The notes: generated from the letters alone by a model not told the origin. A stretch of 64,000 bases of DNA from an uncultured Methylomirabilota bacterium (GCA_963845565.1 CAWJSJ010000001.1:992001-1056000), one strand, 5' to 3'; shown: positions 51,841 through 62,527, numbered from the stretch's first letter. A program made the numbers and translations.

Positions 51841-52824
51841 TCAGGATGCGGCCAGCGCCTTGATCGCCGCTATGAACGGCGGGAGCACCGCCTTGAAGTC
51901 CCCCACAACACCGAGGTGCGCCATCTTGAAAATGGGTGCGTCCGGGTCGGTGTTGATCGCCACGATCGTCTTGGCGCCGCTCATCCCCGCGAGGTGCTGA
52001 ATGGCCCCCGAGACACCCACCGCGATATAGAGGTCCGGGCTCACCGTCTTGCCCGTCTGTCCCACCTGCCAGGACAACGGGACCCAGCCCGCGTCGGTCG
52101 CCGCGCGCGTCGCGCCCACCGCGCCTTTGAGGACCCGGGCAAGCTCCTCCAGTTGGCGGAACGGTTCCGGCCCCTTCAGGCCGCGCCCGCCGCTCACGAC
52201 CACCCGGGCGTTCTCCAACCGGACGCCGCGCACCTCCTCGGAGACCCGTTCCAGCACCCGGGTGCGCACGGTCGAGGCTGCCAGCGTCACCGGCATCCGC
52301 GTCTCGACCCCGCGGTGCCCGACGCGCTCCGCTGCCGGCTCGATACTGCGCGGCTTTACGGTGGCGATGACCGGAAAGCGGTTCGCCCCGATCTCCGCCA
52401 GGCACCGCCCTCCATACAGTTGGCGCCGAAACAGGACCGTCTCCCCCTCGACACCGACCCCGCTCGCCTCCGTCACCAGCCCGGCCTGAAGCCGGTGCGC
52501 CAGCCGGGGCGCGACTTCCCGCCCGCGAAAGTCGTCGGCCATCAGCACCACCTGCGCGCCGACCTGCGGCACGATCTGCACCAAGGCCGCCACCATCGCC
52601 TCGGGCTCCGGACCGTCCAGCAAGGGATGCTCCAACCACAGCACCGTGTCCGCGCCGCCCGCGAAGAGAGCCGGCGCCAACCCGTCCACGACGCCGCCCA
52701 GCACCGCTGCCGTCACCGTTCCCCGCGTGCCCCCGGCGAGCGCGCGCGCGGCGCCGAGCGCCTCCAGTGTATTGCGCGAGGGACCACCGCCCTGCGCCTC
52801 CGCCACGACGAGCACGTCAACCAT
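51841..52824 (-). CDS. etfA: Electron transfer flavoprotein alpha subunit
   Basis: [40 protein letters not shown]. Confidence 0.96.
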   Translation of the reverse strand: MVDVLVVAEAQGGGPSRNTLEALGAARALAGGTRGTVTAAVLGGVVDGLAPALFAGGADTVLWLEHPLLDGPEPEAMVAALVQIVPQVGAQVVLMADDFRGREVAPRLAHRLQAGLVTEASGVGVEGETVLFRRQLYGGRCLAEIGANRFPVIATVKPRSIEPAAERVGHRGVETRMPVTLAASTVRTRVLERVSEEVRGVRLENARVVVSGGRGLKGPEPFRQLEELARVLKGAVGATRAATDAGWVPLSWQVGQTGKTVSPDLYIAVGVSGAIQHLAGMSGAKTIVAINTDPDAPIFKMAHLGVVGDFKAVLPPFIAAIKALAAS

Positions 52825-52848
52825 GAACCCGCCTCCCAGGCCCCACGG

Positions 52849-53649
52849 TCAAATTACCTTCAACTCGCGCAGCCGCAGTGCCAGCCGTTCCGCCTGCTCG
52901 GTCGGCGTCTCCCCGCCCACCACCTCGCACCGCGACTCGCGGTGCGGCACGGTCACATCCCGCAAGTCCAGCCGCCGTCCCGCCGCGCCGACCTTCGCCG
53001 CCGCCACGCCCAGATCGGCCGCGTTCCACACCGGGACCGTCTTGCGCGCCGCCGCCATGATGTCTTTGAGCTTGGAGTAGCGCGGCACGTTGCCGTCGTC
53101 GCTCAGGATGCTCGCCACCAGCGGCAGCGGCCCCTCGACCCGCTCGTAGCCGTCCTCCATGATCCGGCGCGCGACCACCGTCCTGTCGTTGACCTCCAAC
53201 CGGCTCACGAAGGAGAGACAGGGCAGCCCGAGCTCCTCGGCCAGGAGCGGCCCGATCATCTTATTGCCCGTGTCCCCCGACACGCAGCCCGTCAGGACCA
53301 GGTCCGGGTTCCCGATTTTCCGGACGGCCTGGGCCAGGATATGCGCCACGCCGAAGGAATCGGACCCTACGAAGGCCGGATCCGTCACCAGGACCCCGGC
53401 GTCTGCCCCCATTCCCATGGCGCTCTTGATGGCGCCCTGGGCTTCCGGCGCCCCCAGGCTGAGCACGGTGATCGTCCCACCCGCCTTCTCGCGCAACTGG
53501 AGCGCGACCTCCACCGCGTTCTGGTCGTACGCGCTGATGACCAGGGACAGCCCGCCCCGCACCTGACGCTTGCTGGCGGGATCGAGCTTGAACTGTTCCG
53601 TCGGGATCTCCGGATCGATGATCTGCTTGACACACACGACGATCTTCAT
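52849..53649 (-). CDS. etfB: Electron transfer flavoprotein beta subunit
   Basis: MKIVVCVKQIIDP, DQNAVEVAL, MGAD, PRY. Confidence 0.95.
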   Translation of the reverse strand: MKIVVCVKQIIDPEIPTEQFKLDPASKRQVRGGLSLVISAYDQNAVEVALQLREKAGGTITVLSLGAPEAQGAIKSAMGMGADAGVLVTDPAFVGSDSFGVAHILAQAVRKIGNPDLVLTGCVSGDTGNKMIGPLLAEELGLPCLSFVSRLEVNDRTVVARRIMEDGYERVEGPLPLVASILSDDGNVPRYSKLKDIMAAARKTVPVWNAADLGVAAAKVGAAGRRLDLRDVTVPHRESRCEVVGGETPTEQAERLALRLRELKVI

Positions 53650-53933
53650 TCACGGCCTCCGCCTGCCGTTCGAACCAAGACCCAGATGCACCTCGCCCGG
53701 CGGCCGCACGACGCCCCGCGGGGCACACCACACGGGACGGCGCAGGATAACACACCGACCTCCCGACCGGGAGGTCCCAATCGACGGCCTGCAGGAGCGG
53801 GCCCATTGGTGCGAGATGTCTGACAACCTGTCACGTCTGGGGGTTTTGCCGCTCGGCGAAACCTGTCGAGCGATTTCCCGGCGCCTCTCCGGCACCGGGT
53901 ATCCTGGGCGGGCCCGGGGCGGGACGGGCGACT

Positions 53934-54994
53934 TTACGGGAGACCCGGGCGAGGGGTCGAGGGGACGCGAGGGAGTGGCGGTGACACGGATGGCGACACG
54001 CCGGTCAGGATCCAGACCTCCGCTCCCCGGTCCCGAGCGAAGCCGAGGCGCCACCCGTCCGTCTGCATTGCCGGTTCCGCAAAGGCGAGGCGCCGGACGG
54101 CGACGGGAGATCCGGCCGTCAGCCGATCCACCGCCGCGCATGAGCCGCCCGTGGAAGGGGAAGCCGCCGTGGAGTGGGCGAACCAGCCCGACGCGAGCGG
54201 TCGCCCGTCGGGGCCCACCACGCCGAGCCGGATCACCAACGTGGACCCCGGGTCCGCCTCCGCCTCCTCCACCGCCAGGAGATACGGGCCGCTGGGGCGC
54301 AGCGCGACGAACAGCGCGTCGCCGCAGGCGCCTTGGCGCAGCCATATTCCGCGGTGGTCCCCGCCTGCAGGTCGTAGAAGCGGATGCTCCACCGCAAGCC
54401 TTCGCAGTACCCGGTACTCGTCACCAGACGGTCCACAGCCACCAGTCGGTCCGCATGGCCTCGCAGCGCGTGGGTCGGCTGATGCTCGAACGTCGGCCCC
54501 GGCGCCCCGGATGCCGAGTACGCCATGATCCGATGGGAGCTGCTTTGGTGGATAGGGATAGGAAGGACCGCGAGCACCCAGCGCCCGTCCGGCGTGGCCA
54601 TGATGGATGGGGGCAGTGAGACACTGCCGGCCGGCAGCAACCACACGCCGATGGGAACACGCACGCCGTTCGAGGGGAACACCAAGGCTCCCTGCTCCAG
54701 GCGGGCGATCGCTGCGGGCGCGCCGCTGAGCGGCTGGAGGAAGTCATAAGTTGGGGGAATCCCGAACCGCTCGAGGTGCCGGTGATACGCCAAGTCCCCC
54801 AACTGCCCCGCCGGGGCGGCGGGGCCGAGTCCCTCCAACCCGACCGGCGACGGACTGAGGCTTGCGCTGTGTCGCAGCGGTCCGACGCTCGCTTCTCCGG
54901 CCGCCCCGGCCCACGCCGCCGCGCCGATCCACGCGCCGAGCCCGGTCAGGGCCAAGACCATCCGCCCGAGGAGGAGCCAGCCCCCGCGTCTCAT
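53934..54994 (-). CDS. Secreted hypothetical protein, apparent frameshift at about 54335
   Basis: Signal peptide MRRGGWLLLGRMVLALTG...AWA; protein-like reading continues in a second frame (QGACGDALFVALRP...EVWILTG). Confidence 0.5.
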
Positions 54995-55088
54995 GCGACG
55001 CGCTCGCCAGCGGCCGCGCAGAGCTGGAGCGTCGGAGGACCTCCACGGGTATCCGCTCGATCGTGCGTTGCCGCATCGCGCTCCCCGC

Positions 55089-55550
55089 TCACTCCTTCAC
55101 CGCGGATTCGGTGAATCCCTTGATCAGGTACGCCTGAGGAAGAGGTAGAACGCGCCGGGATGATCGTCGCGATCATCGTGGCGGCCATGATCTCGGACCA
55201 AGCCACGCGGAACTGGCCGACCAGTTGGGCGATTCGTCATCCGGGAAGGTTCGTAGGCACAGCGCCAAGTCTTCGGAGCGTACGCGGGTTCTTGCCGCCC
55301 CGAGGGTGTGCCGAGCAATGTAGTGGATCGTGGTGATCGTGGTGGCACACAGAAGCCCGGTGAGCCAGATCTTGGAGTAGGCGGCGAAGGTGATCTCCCG
55401 CGGCCACAGCGTGGCGGGGTACGAGACGACCTCGATCTCGCTCTTCAGGGCGGAGGTCGCCATCCAGAAGAACGGCAGGAGATTGTAAACCGCCATCATC
55501 GCCAGGGCCGCGTAGATGCAGATCCAGAAGCCGATCGGTTTTCGCGTCAT
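55089..55550 (-). pseudogene. Carbohydrate ABC permease (MalG-like), internally deleted and garbled
   Basis: N-terminal LPFFWMATSALKS..E....P.TLWP; C-terminal WSEIMAA and YLIKGFTESAVKE*; middle missing. Confidence 0.75.
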
Positions 55551-55553
55551 GGC

Positions 55554-55930
55554 TCAGGCCGCCCGTTTCATGGTCATGCGCAGGTACGGGAAGCTGACCA
55601 GCAGCATGACGACGGCCAGCACCACCGCAATGGAGGCCGCGTAGGAGGTGTTGAAGAACTGGAAATAGTGCTTGTAGGTCAGCAGGGAGAGCACCTGGGT
55701 GCTGTTCCCCGGGCCGCCCCCGGTCATGCTGAAGACCATGCCGAAGAGCCGGCATTCCCAGATCGTGTCCAGCACCAGGGCGATGATGAACATGGGGCGC
55801 AGGTACGGGATCGTGATCCGCCGAAAAGCCTGGAACGCGGAGGCACCGTCCAGTTCCGCCGCCTCGTACTGCTGCCGGGGGATGGCCTGCATGCCCGCCA
55901 GAAGAATCAGCATGACGAAGGGGAGCCGCG
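55554..55930 (-). pseudogene. Carbohydrate ABC permease (MalF-like), C-terminal half only
   Basis: PFVMLILLAGMQAIP..YEAAELDGAS..F..ITIP, MTGGGPGNST. Confidence 0.8.
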
Positions 55931-56080
55931 GTCCACCGCGGAGAAGGCATAAGGGTAGTCGGCGTCTGCCAGTGATGGATGGGTCTCGTTCTTCGAGCAG
56001 GATCGAGCACGATGTTGGCGTGTCGAACAGATCAGGTAGCCGGGGAGTACCCTGAGGGATGCATCCTGATGGCCCGATCC

Positions 56081-56468
56081 TCATCGGTGCTTGTCCATGA
56101 GGTGTTTCCGATAGTCCTGCTCGGTAACCCTCGCGCGTTTGAGAATGCCGATGAGCGATCGGACACGCGGGGTCAGGGGGGGGCCCTCAGATGCCCGGTC
56201 TTCCGAGAGGAGCGAGAAGAAGTCCCCAACGAGGGCGGACACGGACTTTCCGGCTCGGCGGGAGTGGGATTTCGCGCGCGCGGATCGTTCGAGGTCGGGC
56301 GCGTGTTCTTGGGCACGCCGTACACCTTCCCCTGCGGCCGCAGGGTGACCGGGTAGAAGTCGTCCAATCCGCTCTCGATGAGCGTGAGTCGGTACGGCCC
56401 GCACCCGGCGGCACTTTCGCGCGCCGGATCAGATCGCGGTCGAGGCGCAGCGTGAGTTTCGTGTGCAT
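56081..56468 (-). pseudogene. DUF6364-like antitoxin interrupted by an insert of about 145 bp
   Basis: MHTKLTLRLDRDLIRRAK | SHSRRAGKSVSALVGDFF...LTPRVRSLIGIL...DYRKHLMDKH; palindrome gtgacgtgca..tgtacgtcac upstream (56484-56517). Confidence 0.7.
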
Positions 56469-56647
56469 CGTCCTCCCCTCCGTGTGACGTGCATATTACA
56501 CGCGGAGTGTACGTCACCCGTGACAAGGTGTTGTCCTCTATTGAACGGGATTCAACATAGGCAACTCCTGCTCATTGTTGTGAGAGATCCCCGTCGTATC
56601 GCCGGGCCCCGTGCAGACCGGCCCCGGCACGCCTACGCACGTGGGGC

Positions 56648-57355
56648 CTACGAGGCGCGTTTCAAACGGAACGTCTCGTCGTAGGCCTCCAGCGGGGAAA
56701 AGGCGATGGGCGCGCCCTCGAAGGCCGTTCGCAACCGCGCGCTCCAGGCATCCAGGTAGGCACTCCGCTCCGCGTCGGTGGCGCGCGCCACGCCCCAGCC
56801 GAGGAACGGCGGCAGGACGCTGAACCCTGTGAAGAACAGCATCCCGTGCTGGATGGGGAAGAGGATCTGGTGGATGTCCCCATTCAACCCATCCGGTCCG
56901 TAGATGGCGGCCGGCCCACCGGTGGTCAGGCACAGCAGCGCACGCTTTCCGGCGAAAGGGCCCTGGTTGTACCATCGCCCGCCGCCGTAGGCGAACCCCA
57001 TGGCGAAGACCCGGTCCACCCAGCCCTTCAAGATCGCCGGAAGCCCGAACCACCACAGGGGAAAATGCAGGACCAGCAGGTCACACCAGCGGAGCTTCTC
57101 CATCTCCGCCGCGAGATCCGGGGCGAACCCCGCCGTTTCGACGGCATGCAACTCCTCGATCTGCTGCTTGAAGTGCGCCGGGTCCTTCCGGCCTGTGAAG
57201 TTCCGCCGGTCCGACACCGGGTCGAACCGCATGGCGTACAGGTCCGATACGCGCACCTCGTGGCCGCCGGCGTGCAGCGTCTCGACGCTCCGGCGGAGGA
57301 GCGCTCCGTTGAAGCTCTGCGTTTCGGGATGCGCATGGACGAGGAAGACGTGCAT
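56648..57355 (-). CDS. NAD(P)H:quinone oxidoreductase (flavodoxin_2 family)
   Basis: VHAHPETQSFN, SDLYAMRFDP, FPLWWFGLPAILKGWVDRV, TTGG. Confidence 0.92.
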   Translation of the reverse strand: MHVFLVHAHPETQSFNGALLRRSVETLHAGGHEVRVSDLYAMRFDPVSDRRNFTGRKDPAHFKQQIEELHAVETAGFAPDLAAEMEKLRWCDLLVLHFPLWWFGLPAILKGWVDRVFAMGFAYGGGRWYNQGPFAGKRALLCLTTGGPAAIYGPDGLNGDIHQILFPIQHGMLFFTGFSVLPPFLGWGVARATDAERSAYLDAWSARLRTAFEGAPIAFSPLEAYDETFRLKRAS

Positions 57356-57393
57356 AGGCACCTCTCGGTCGGCCTTCCGCTGCCGATCCCTTG

Positions 57394-58140
57394 TCAGGCG
57401 AGTCGCTGCCGGACCTTGCTCCACGACGGGGTGATCAGGAAGCTCTCCGGCATGTCGTCCACCATCTGCCGGAACTTCGCGATGGGAACGGCGAAGGACA
57501 GGACGTCTCGCGGAACGAAGGGCCGCGCCGAGACGTCGAACATCCCCAGCACGGCGCGCGGACGCTCCCGCCCGCCCTCGAGATAGGGGTGCTGGACGAT
57601 CGACCCGCACCCGGCCGAGAACGGCGCGATCACCCCGTGCAGCTCCGCCTCGCCGTAGTTCGCCAGCGTAAACAGCCCGGAGAGCACTTCCGCTCGTGCG
57701 AAGAAGATCACCACCTCGGGGGTATCCTGCGCCTCCAGCCCATCCCAGCGCTTGAAGACGAGGTACCGCGCCGGGGCCGTGAAGCGCGGCGAGCCGTCCA
57801 CGAACGCCCGCACCAGTTCCGGCGACTTCTTGTAGCGCTCCCCCTCCACCCTGCCCGGGATGCCGCAGGACAGGAAATAGTCAAACGTCGGAGAGATGGC
57901 CTGGGTGAAGCCAAAGTACCGTTTGCCGCCCCAGCATCCGACGGACTCCCCATCGAATCGCCGGGGGTGACCATGGCGCACCTCGGCCAGCGCCCCGATC
58001 ACGCAGCAATGCCCCGTCGGGGCGTCGGCCGGCGGTGCGGCGTCTTCCCGGTCGGTGTAGTAGCAGGCCATCGGCAGTTCCGCCTCGCCGAAGTACTGCC
58101 GCCATCGCGCCACGAATCGTTCCTGGAGCTCCCCGTCCAT
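57394..58140 (-). CDS. DUF169 family protein
   Basis: GCWGGKRYFG, GERYKKSPE, PEVVIF, LSGLFTLANY, AGCGSI, GMFDVSAR. Confidence 0.8.
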   Translation of the reverse strand: MDGELQERFVARWRQYFGEAELPMACYYTDREDAAPPADAPTGHCCVIGALAEVRHGHPRRFDGESVGCWGGKRYFGFTQAISPTFDYFLSCGIPGRVEGERYKKSPELVRAFVDGSPRFTAPARYLVFKRWDGLEAQDTPEVVIFFARAEVLSGLFTLANYGEAELHGVIAPFSAGCGSIVQHPYLEGGRERPRAVLGMFDVSARPFVPRDVLSFAVPIAKFRQMVDDMPESFLITPSWSKVRQRLA

Positions 58141-58157
58141 GGGCCGCCCCCTTTCGG

Positions 58158-59795
58158 TCATTTATACTGCGAGCACGCCAGCTCCTTGCATGTCAGGAAT
58201 TCCAGCAACACCGGAATTCCTTCCTGCGTCTTCTGGATTCCGCGGCGGATCGCCGGAACGATCCCCCCCGGCTCTGTCACCCGCTCCCCGTACCCCCCGA
58301 ACGCCTTGGCCATGTCGGCGTAGTTCCCCGAGATGTCGGTGCTGCGATATTTTTCCGTCGCGACCTTCATGACCGGCAGTTCCATGGCCATCGAGAAGTT
58401 GTTGAGCAGGATGGACAGGATGGGAATCCGCTCCCGGACCGCCGTCTCGAAATCCATGCCGGTCATCCCGATGGCCGCATCGCCCCACACGTTGATGCAG
58501 AGCTTGTCCGGGTGGGCGAGCTTGGCGCCCATGGCCAGGCCCAAGCCGTAGCCGAGCTGCGTGCTCTTGCCCCACCCGATATACGAGAGCGGGGTGACCG
58601 CCTTCCAGAACGGCGAGAGCTGGTCGCGGGGACTCCCGGCGTCGTGGGTGATGATCGTGTTGGCGACGTCCACCGTGTGGAGCAGATCCCAGATCACTCG
58701 GTAGGGAGAGAAGCGGGCATCGCCGGCGGTGAGCTTCGGCATCCACTCCGCCAGCCATTCCCCCTGGACGGTGCGGATCTCCGCCGCCACGCCCGCCGCC
58801 CGCCCGCGCGGCGTCCCGCGCAGCCGGTCCGTCACCTCCGCCGTCAGGAGGTCCAGCGTGAGCCCCGCGTCGCCGATCAGCGCGTGCTGCGCGACGACGT
58901 TCTTGTTAAGGTCGGACGGATCCAGGGTCGCATGAATGATCGTCTTCCCCTTGGGCATGGGGGTGGCGAAGTTGCTGGTCGTGAAGCTGCAGCCGATCCC
59001 GAAGATCACGTCGGCGTTCTGCAAGAAGTGGAAGACACCCTTCGGGATGGAGCGGCCGGCCGACCCGACCGACAGCGGGTGCGTCTCGGGAAACGCGCTC
59101 TTCCCCGCCAGGCTGGTCACGACGGGTGCCTCCAGCAGCTCCGCCAGCGCCCGCAGCCGATCCCACGCCTCCGCATAATGAACCCCCTGGCCCGCGTAGA
59201 TGACGGGTCGCGTCGCCCCGACGAGCGCGTCCGCCGCCGCGCGCACCGCCGCCGGATCCGGCGCCGAGCGCGTGTGGAACGTCGGCTGGTAGCTCAGCGG
59301 CTCGGCGACCTCCTCGGGGAAGACGTCCACCGGGATCTCGACGACGGCGGGTCGGGGCCGGCCGGTCCGGACCTGGCTGAAGGCCCGCCGCATCACGTCC
59401 CCCGTCGCATCCGCGCAGGTCAGCTGCTCGATCCACTTGGTGATGTGCTGGTAGTTGAGGAACGCGTTGAAGAACGGGTCGAAGTTGTTCAGCCGTCGCG
59501 GGTATCCCGCGGCCAGAACGATGATCGGCACCGACTCGCTGTAGGCCTGCGCGATTCCACCAAAGGCGTTCTCGGCGCCCGGCCCGTGCTGCAGGGCAAA
59601 CACGCCGATCTTCTTCCCCGAGGACAACCGGCTCACCGCGTCGGCCATGTGCAGCCCCACCCGCTCTTGCCGGACGATGATGGTCCGGACGTCCGCCGCG
59701 GCGGCGGCCTCGATCACCGGATTGACCGGGTACCCGATCAGGAATTCTACGCCTTCCCGCTTCAGAATCTCCGCAATGGCGGCGGCAACCTTCAT
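58158..59795 (-). CDS. Thiamine diphosphate-dependent enzyme (acetolactate synthase-like, non-IlvB)
   Basis: RQER, GPGAEN, WGDAAIGM..NN ThDP motif; RBS AAGGAGG. Confidence 0.9.
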   Translation of the reverse strand: MKVAAAIAEILKREGVEFLIGYPVNPVIEAAAAADVRTIIVRQERVGLHMADAVSRLSSGKKIGVFALQHGPGAENAFGGIAQAYSESVPIIVLAAGYPRRLNNFDPFFNAFLNYQHITKWIEQLTCADATGDVMRRAFSQVRTGRPRPAVVEIPVDVFPEEVAEPLSYQPTFHTRSAPDPAAVRAAADALVGATRPVIYAGQGVHYAEAWDRLRALAELLEAPVVTSLAGKSAFPETHPLSVGSAGRSIPKGVFHFLQNADVIFGIGCSFTTSNFATPMPKGKTIIHATLDPSDLNKNVVAQHALIGDAGLTLDLLTAEVTDRLRGTPRGRAAGVAAEIRTVQGEWLAEWMPKLTAGDARFSPYRVIWDLLHTVDVANTIITHDAGSPRDQLSPFWKAVTPLSYIGWGKSTQLGYGLGLAMGAKLAHPDKLCINVWGDAAIGMTGMDFETAVRERIPILSILLNNFSMAMELPVMKVATEKYRSTDISGNYADMAKAFGGYGERVTEPGGIVPAIRRGIQKTQEGIPVLLEFLTCKELACSQYK

Positions 59796-59874
59796 GGGAA
59801 TCCTCCTTGGGCTGGGACGTGAGCAGGATGGAACGTACGAGGACGAGCGCGAACCGAATGCCAGGCGATCGAAC

Positions 59875-60576
59875 TCAGATCCCCAGGTAGCGTTGCTTGA
59901 CCTCAGCATTCCGGGCCAATTCTTCGGCGGGCCCCGCATACACGACGTGGCCGTTCTCCAGGATATAGGCGCGTTGGGACACGCTCAGGGCCAGCGTCGA
60001 GTTCTGTTCCACCAAGAGAATCGTCTCGCCCTTCTCCTTGAGTTCCTTGATGATCTTCATCACCTCCATCACCATGATGGGCGCCAGTCCTTCGGTGGGT
60101 TCGTCCAAGAGGATAAGATCCGGGCTTCCCATCAACGTGCGGGCAATGGTCAGCATCTGCTGCTCGCCGCCGCTGAGCACCTCGCCCTTGCGCCCCTCGA
60201 TCTCTCGCAGCTTCGGGAAGTGCTGGTAGATTTGATCCAGGGTCCAATCGTCTGCCCCCCTTCCGCCACCCTTCCGCGCGATCTCAAGGTTCTGCTTCAC
60301 CGTTAAGGTGGGAAAGATCCGCCGGTTGTCGGGCACGAATCCCACACCGCGGTTGGCAATGGTGTACGGGGGCAGACCGGCGATGTTCTCCTCTTTGAAC
60401 ATCACCCGGCCCGCACGGGGAGGGGTCAACCCCATGATGGATCGGATGGTCGTGGTCTTGCCCGCCCCATTGCGCCCCAGGAGCGCCACCACTTCTCCCT
60501 CGCGGATCTCCAGGGAGACATCGAAGAGCACCTGGGCGTCTCCGTAGAACGAATTGATCTTCTCCACTGCGAGCAT
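59875..60576 (-). CDS. Branched-chain amino acid-type ABC ATPase (LivF-like)
   Basis: GRNGAGKTT, LSGGEQQML, LLDEPTEGLAP, LVEQN. Confidence 0.95.
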   Translation of the reverse strand: MLAVEKINSFYGDAQVLFDVSLEIREGEVVALLGRNGAGKTTTIRSIMGLTPPRAGRVMFKEENIAGLPPYTIANRGVGFVPDNRRIFPTLTVKQNLEIARKGGGRGADDWTLDQIYQHFPKLREIEGRKGEVLSGGEQQMLTIARTLMGSPDLILLDEPTEGLAPIMVMEVMKIIKELKEKGETILLVEQNSTLALSVSQRAYILENGHVVYAGPAEELARNAEVKQRYLGI

Positions 60577-60630
60577 CGCGTGTACCCTCCGCGGCATCCA
60601 GACTGCCGGAGCCGCTGCGCGGTTGAGGCT

Positions 60631-60787
60631 AGCAGGCTGCTGAAAAACCCGCTTTCGCCCAGGCTGCTCAAAAGGGCCTAGATGCAAGGCGGCACGCGCA
60701 AGGCCGAGTGAGGCGTACTACAGGTACGCCGCAGCGAGCGCCTAAGCGGGCCAACGCAGCAGATGGGGCCCTTTTCAGCAGCCTGCT
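60631..60787. mobile_element. MITE-like element B (157 bp)
   Basis: Perfect 16-bp terminal inverted repeats AGCAGGCTGCTGAAAA/TTTTCAGCAGCCTGCT, left CTAG, nested internal copy of the repeat, ggcgtac/gtacgcc hairpin. Confidence 0.75.
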
Positions 60788-61536
60788 GCCGAAACGTGCT
60801 GTCCGCCCAGATACGCCTCCTGAACCTGGACGTTCGCCCGAATCTCGTCGGGCGTGCCCTGAGCCAGCAGGCGTCCCTGATGCATCACCACGATGTGGTC
60901 CGAAATGGACAGCACCACATCCATGGCATGCTCCACCAGCAGGAGGGTGAGCCGGCTCGCGAGCTGCTTTATGAAGGCGGCGATCCGCGCGCGGTCCTCG
61001 GACATCAATCCGCTCATGGGCTCGTCGAGAAGCAGGAGCGACGGCTTGGCTGTCAAGGCCACCGTGATCTCCAGGATCCGTCGGTCGCCGTACGAGAGTC
61101 CCTTGACCGGCGTGTTTTCTTTGCCGGCGAGGCCGATTTCTTCGATGATCCGGTCCGTTTCCTCTTTCACCGCAGACAGGGCGAGCGCATCGGTGAACAC
61201 CTCGGGGCCGTGTCCCTGCTGCGCTTGGACCCCCAGCCAGACGTTTTCGTACAGCGGCAACTCATTGAACAAATTGATGATCTGGAACGAGCGGGAGATG
61301 CCGCGTCGGACGACCTGATACACCGGGAGGCCGGTGATCTCTTGCCCGCGAAACACCACCCGTCCGGCGTCGGGTCGAATCATGCCCGTGATCAGGTTGA
61401 ACAGAGTCGTCTTCCCCGCGCCGTTCGGGCCGATGACCGAGGTGAGCTTGCCCTCCTCGATCGCCAGGTTGAGCGAATCCGTGGCCCGGAGCCCCCCGAA
61501 GTTCTTCGTGAGTCCCTCTGTCGCCAGAATCACCAT
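60775..61536 (-). CDS. Branched-chain amino acid-type ABC ATPase (LivG-like)
   Basis: GPNGAGKTT, LSYGDRR, LLDEP, LVEH, VQEAYLG. Confidence 0.95.
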   Translation of the reverse strand: MVILATEGLTKNFGGLRATDSLNLAIEEGKLTSVIGPNGAGKTTLFNLITGMIRPDAGRVVFRGQEITGLPVYQVVRRGISRSFQIINLFNELPLYENVWLGVQAQQGHGPEVFTDALALSAVKEETDRIIEEIGLAGKENTPVKGLSYGDRRILEITVALTAKPSLLLLDEPMSGLMSEDRARIAAFIKQLASRLTLLLVEHAMDVVLSISDHIVVMHQGRLLAQGTPDEIRANVQVQEAYLGGQHVSAAGC

Positions 61537-61551
61537 GAGTCGTTCCTCTCG

Positions 61552-62526
61552 CTATCGCAGGATCGTCTGCTTCCTGCCGCCGATCAGCCCCAGAATCCCG
61601 CTGGGGATGAAGAGGATCACCAGGACGAATATCATGCCGTAGACCAGCATCCAGGACTCCCAGTATGCGCTCAGCAGATCGCGCGACACGATGAAGATAG
61701 CCGCGCCCAGGATGGGGCCGAAGAAATTCACGGTCCCTCCGCCCAGGAGGGTCATCATCACCACGTTGCCGGACTGCGTCCAGTCGAGGACGCCGGCGAA
61801 GGCCGCGTTGATCAGCAGCGTGTACAGGCCGCCCGCCAGCCCCGAAAACAGGCCGGAAATGGCGAAGGCGCCCCATTTGTAGGCCGCGGTGCGGTAGCCG
61901 AGATAGCTGGCTCGGACTTCGTTCTCGCGGATGGCCTGGAGGACCTTGCCGAACGGGGAATGCACGATCCGCCAGATCAGGAGGGTGCAGAGCGCAAAGA
62001 CCACCAGGACGAAGTAGTAATAGGCTAGGGGCCCCGCCAGCTTGATCTGGAGGAGCCCAGGAAGTCCAACATCCATCCGATCGATGCCCGACAGGCCGGT
62101 CTCGCCGCCGGTGAACTCATCCCAGCGGAAGGCGATGAAGTAGAACACCTGACTGACGGCGATGGTGATGAGGGCGAAGTAGATTCCCCGCTTTCTCGCC
62201 ACCAGAAAGCCGATCAGCGCCGCGAACACTCCCGCGACGACGACGGAGAGCAGCAGAGGCCCCCAGACACCCTTCGAGATGCGAAGGAAGTAGATCCCCG
62301 CGGCGTAGGCGCCGATCCCGAAGAACGCGCCGTGCCCGAACGAGGGAAGGCCGGTATAGCCCAAGAGGATGTTGAACCCCAAGGCGAACAGCGACCAGAT
62401 GAGCACCTCGGTTCCCAGGGACAGGTACTTCCCGATGAAGGGCATATACGGAAACAACGCGAAGAGCAGGAATACCCCCCACATCGGGCCAGTGGCCCAT
62501 CCTTTCCGTTTGGTACCCGAACCCAT
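61552..62526 (-). CDS. Branched-chain amino acid-type ABC permease (LivM-like)
   Basis: GYTGLPSFGH, YFALIT, TGGETG, SPFG..LQAIRENE, LGG. Confidence 0.93.
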   Translation of the reverse strand: MGSGTKRKGWATGPMWGVFLLFALFPYMPFIGKYLSLGTEVLIWSLFALGFNILLGYTGLPSFGHGAFFGIGAYAAGIYFLRISKGVWGPLLLSVVVAGVFAALIGFLVARKRGIYFALITIAVSQVFYFIAFRWDEFTGGETGLSGIDRMDVGLPGLLQIKLAGPLAYYYFVLVVFALCTLLIWRIVHSPFGKVLQAIRENEVRASYLGYRTAAYKWGAFAISGLFSGLAGGLYTLLINAAFAGVLDWTQSGNVVMMTLLGGGTVNFFGPILGAAIFIVSRDLLSAYWESWMLVYGMIFVLVILFIPSGILGLIGGRKQTILR

Positions 62527-62527
62527 C

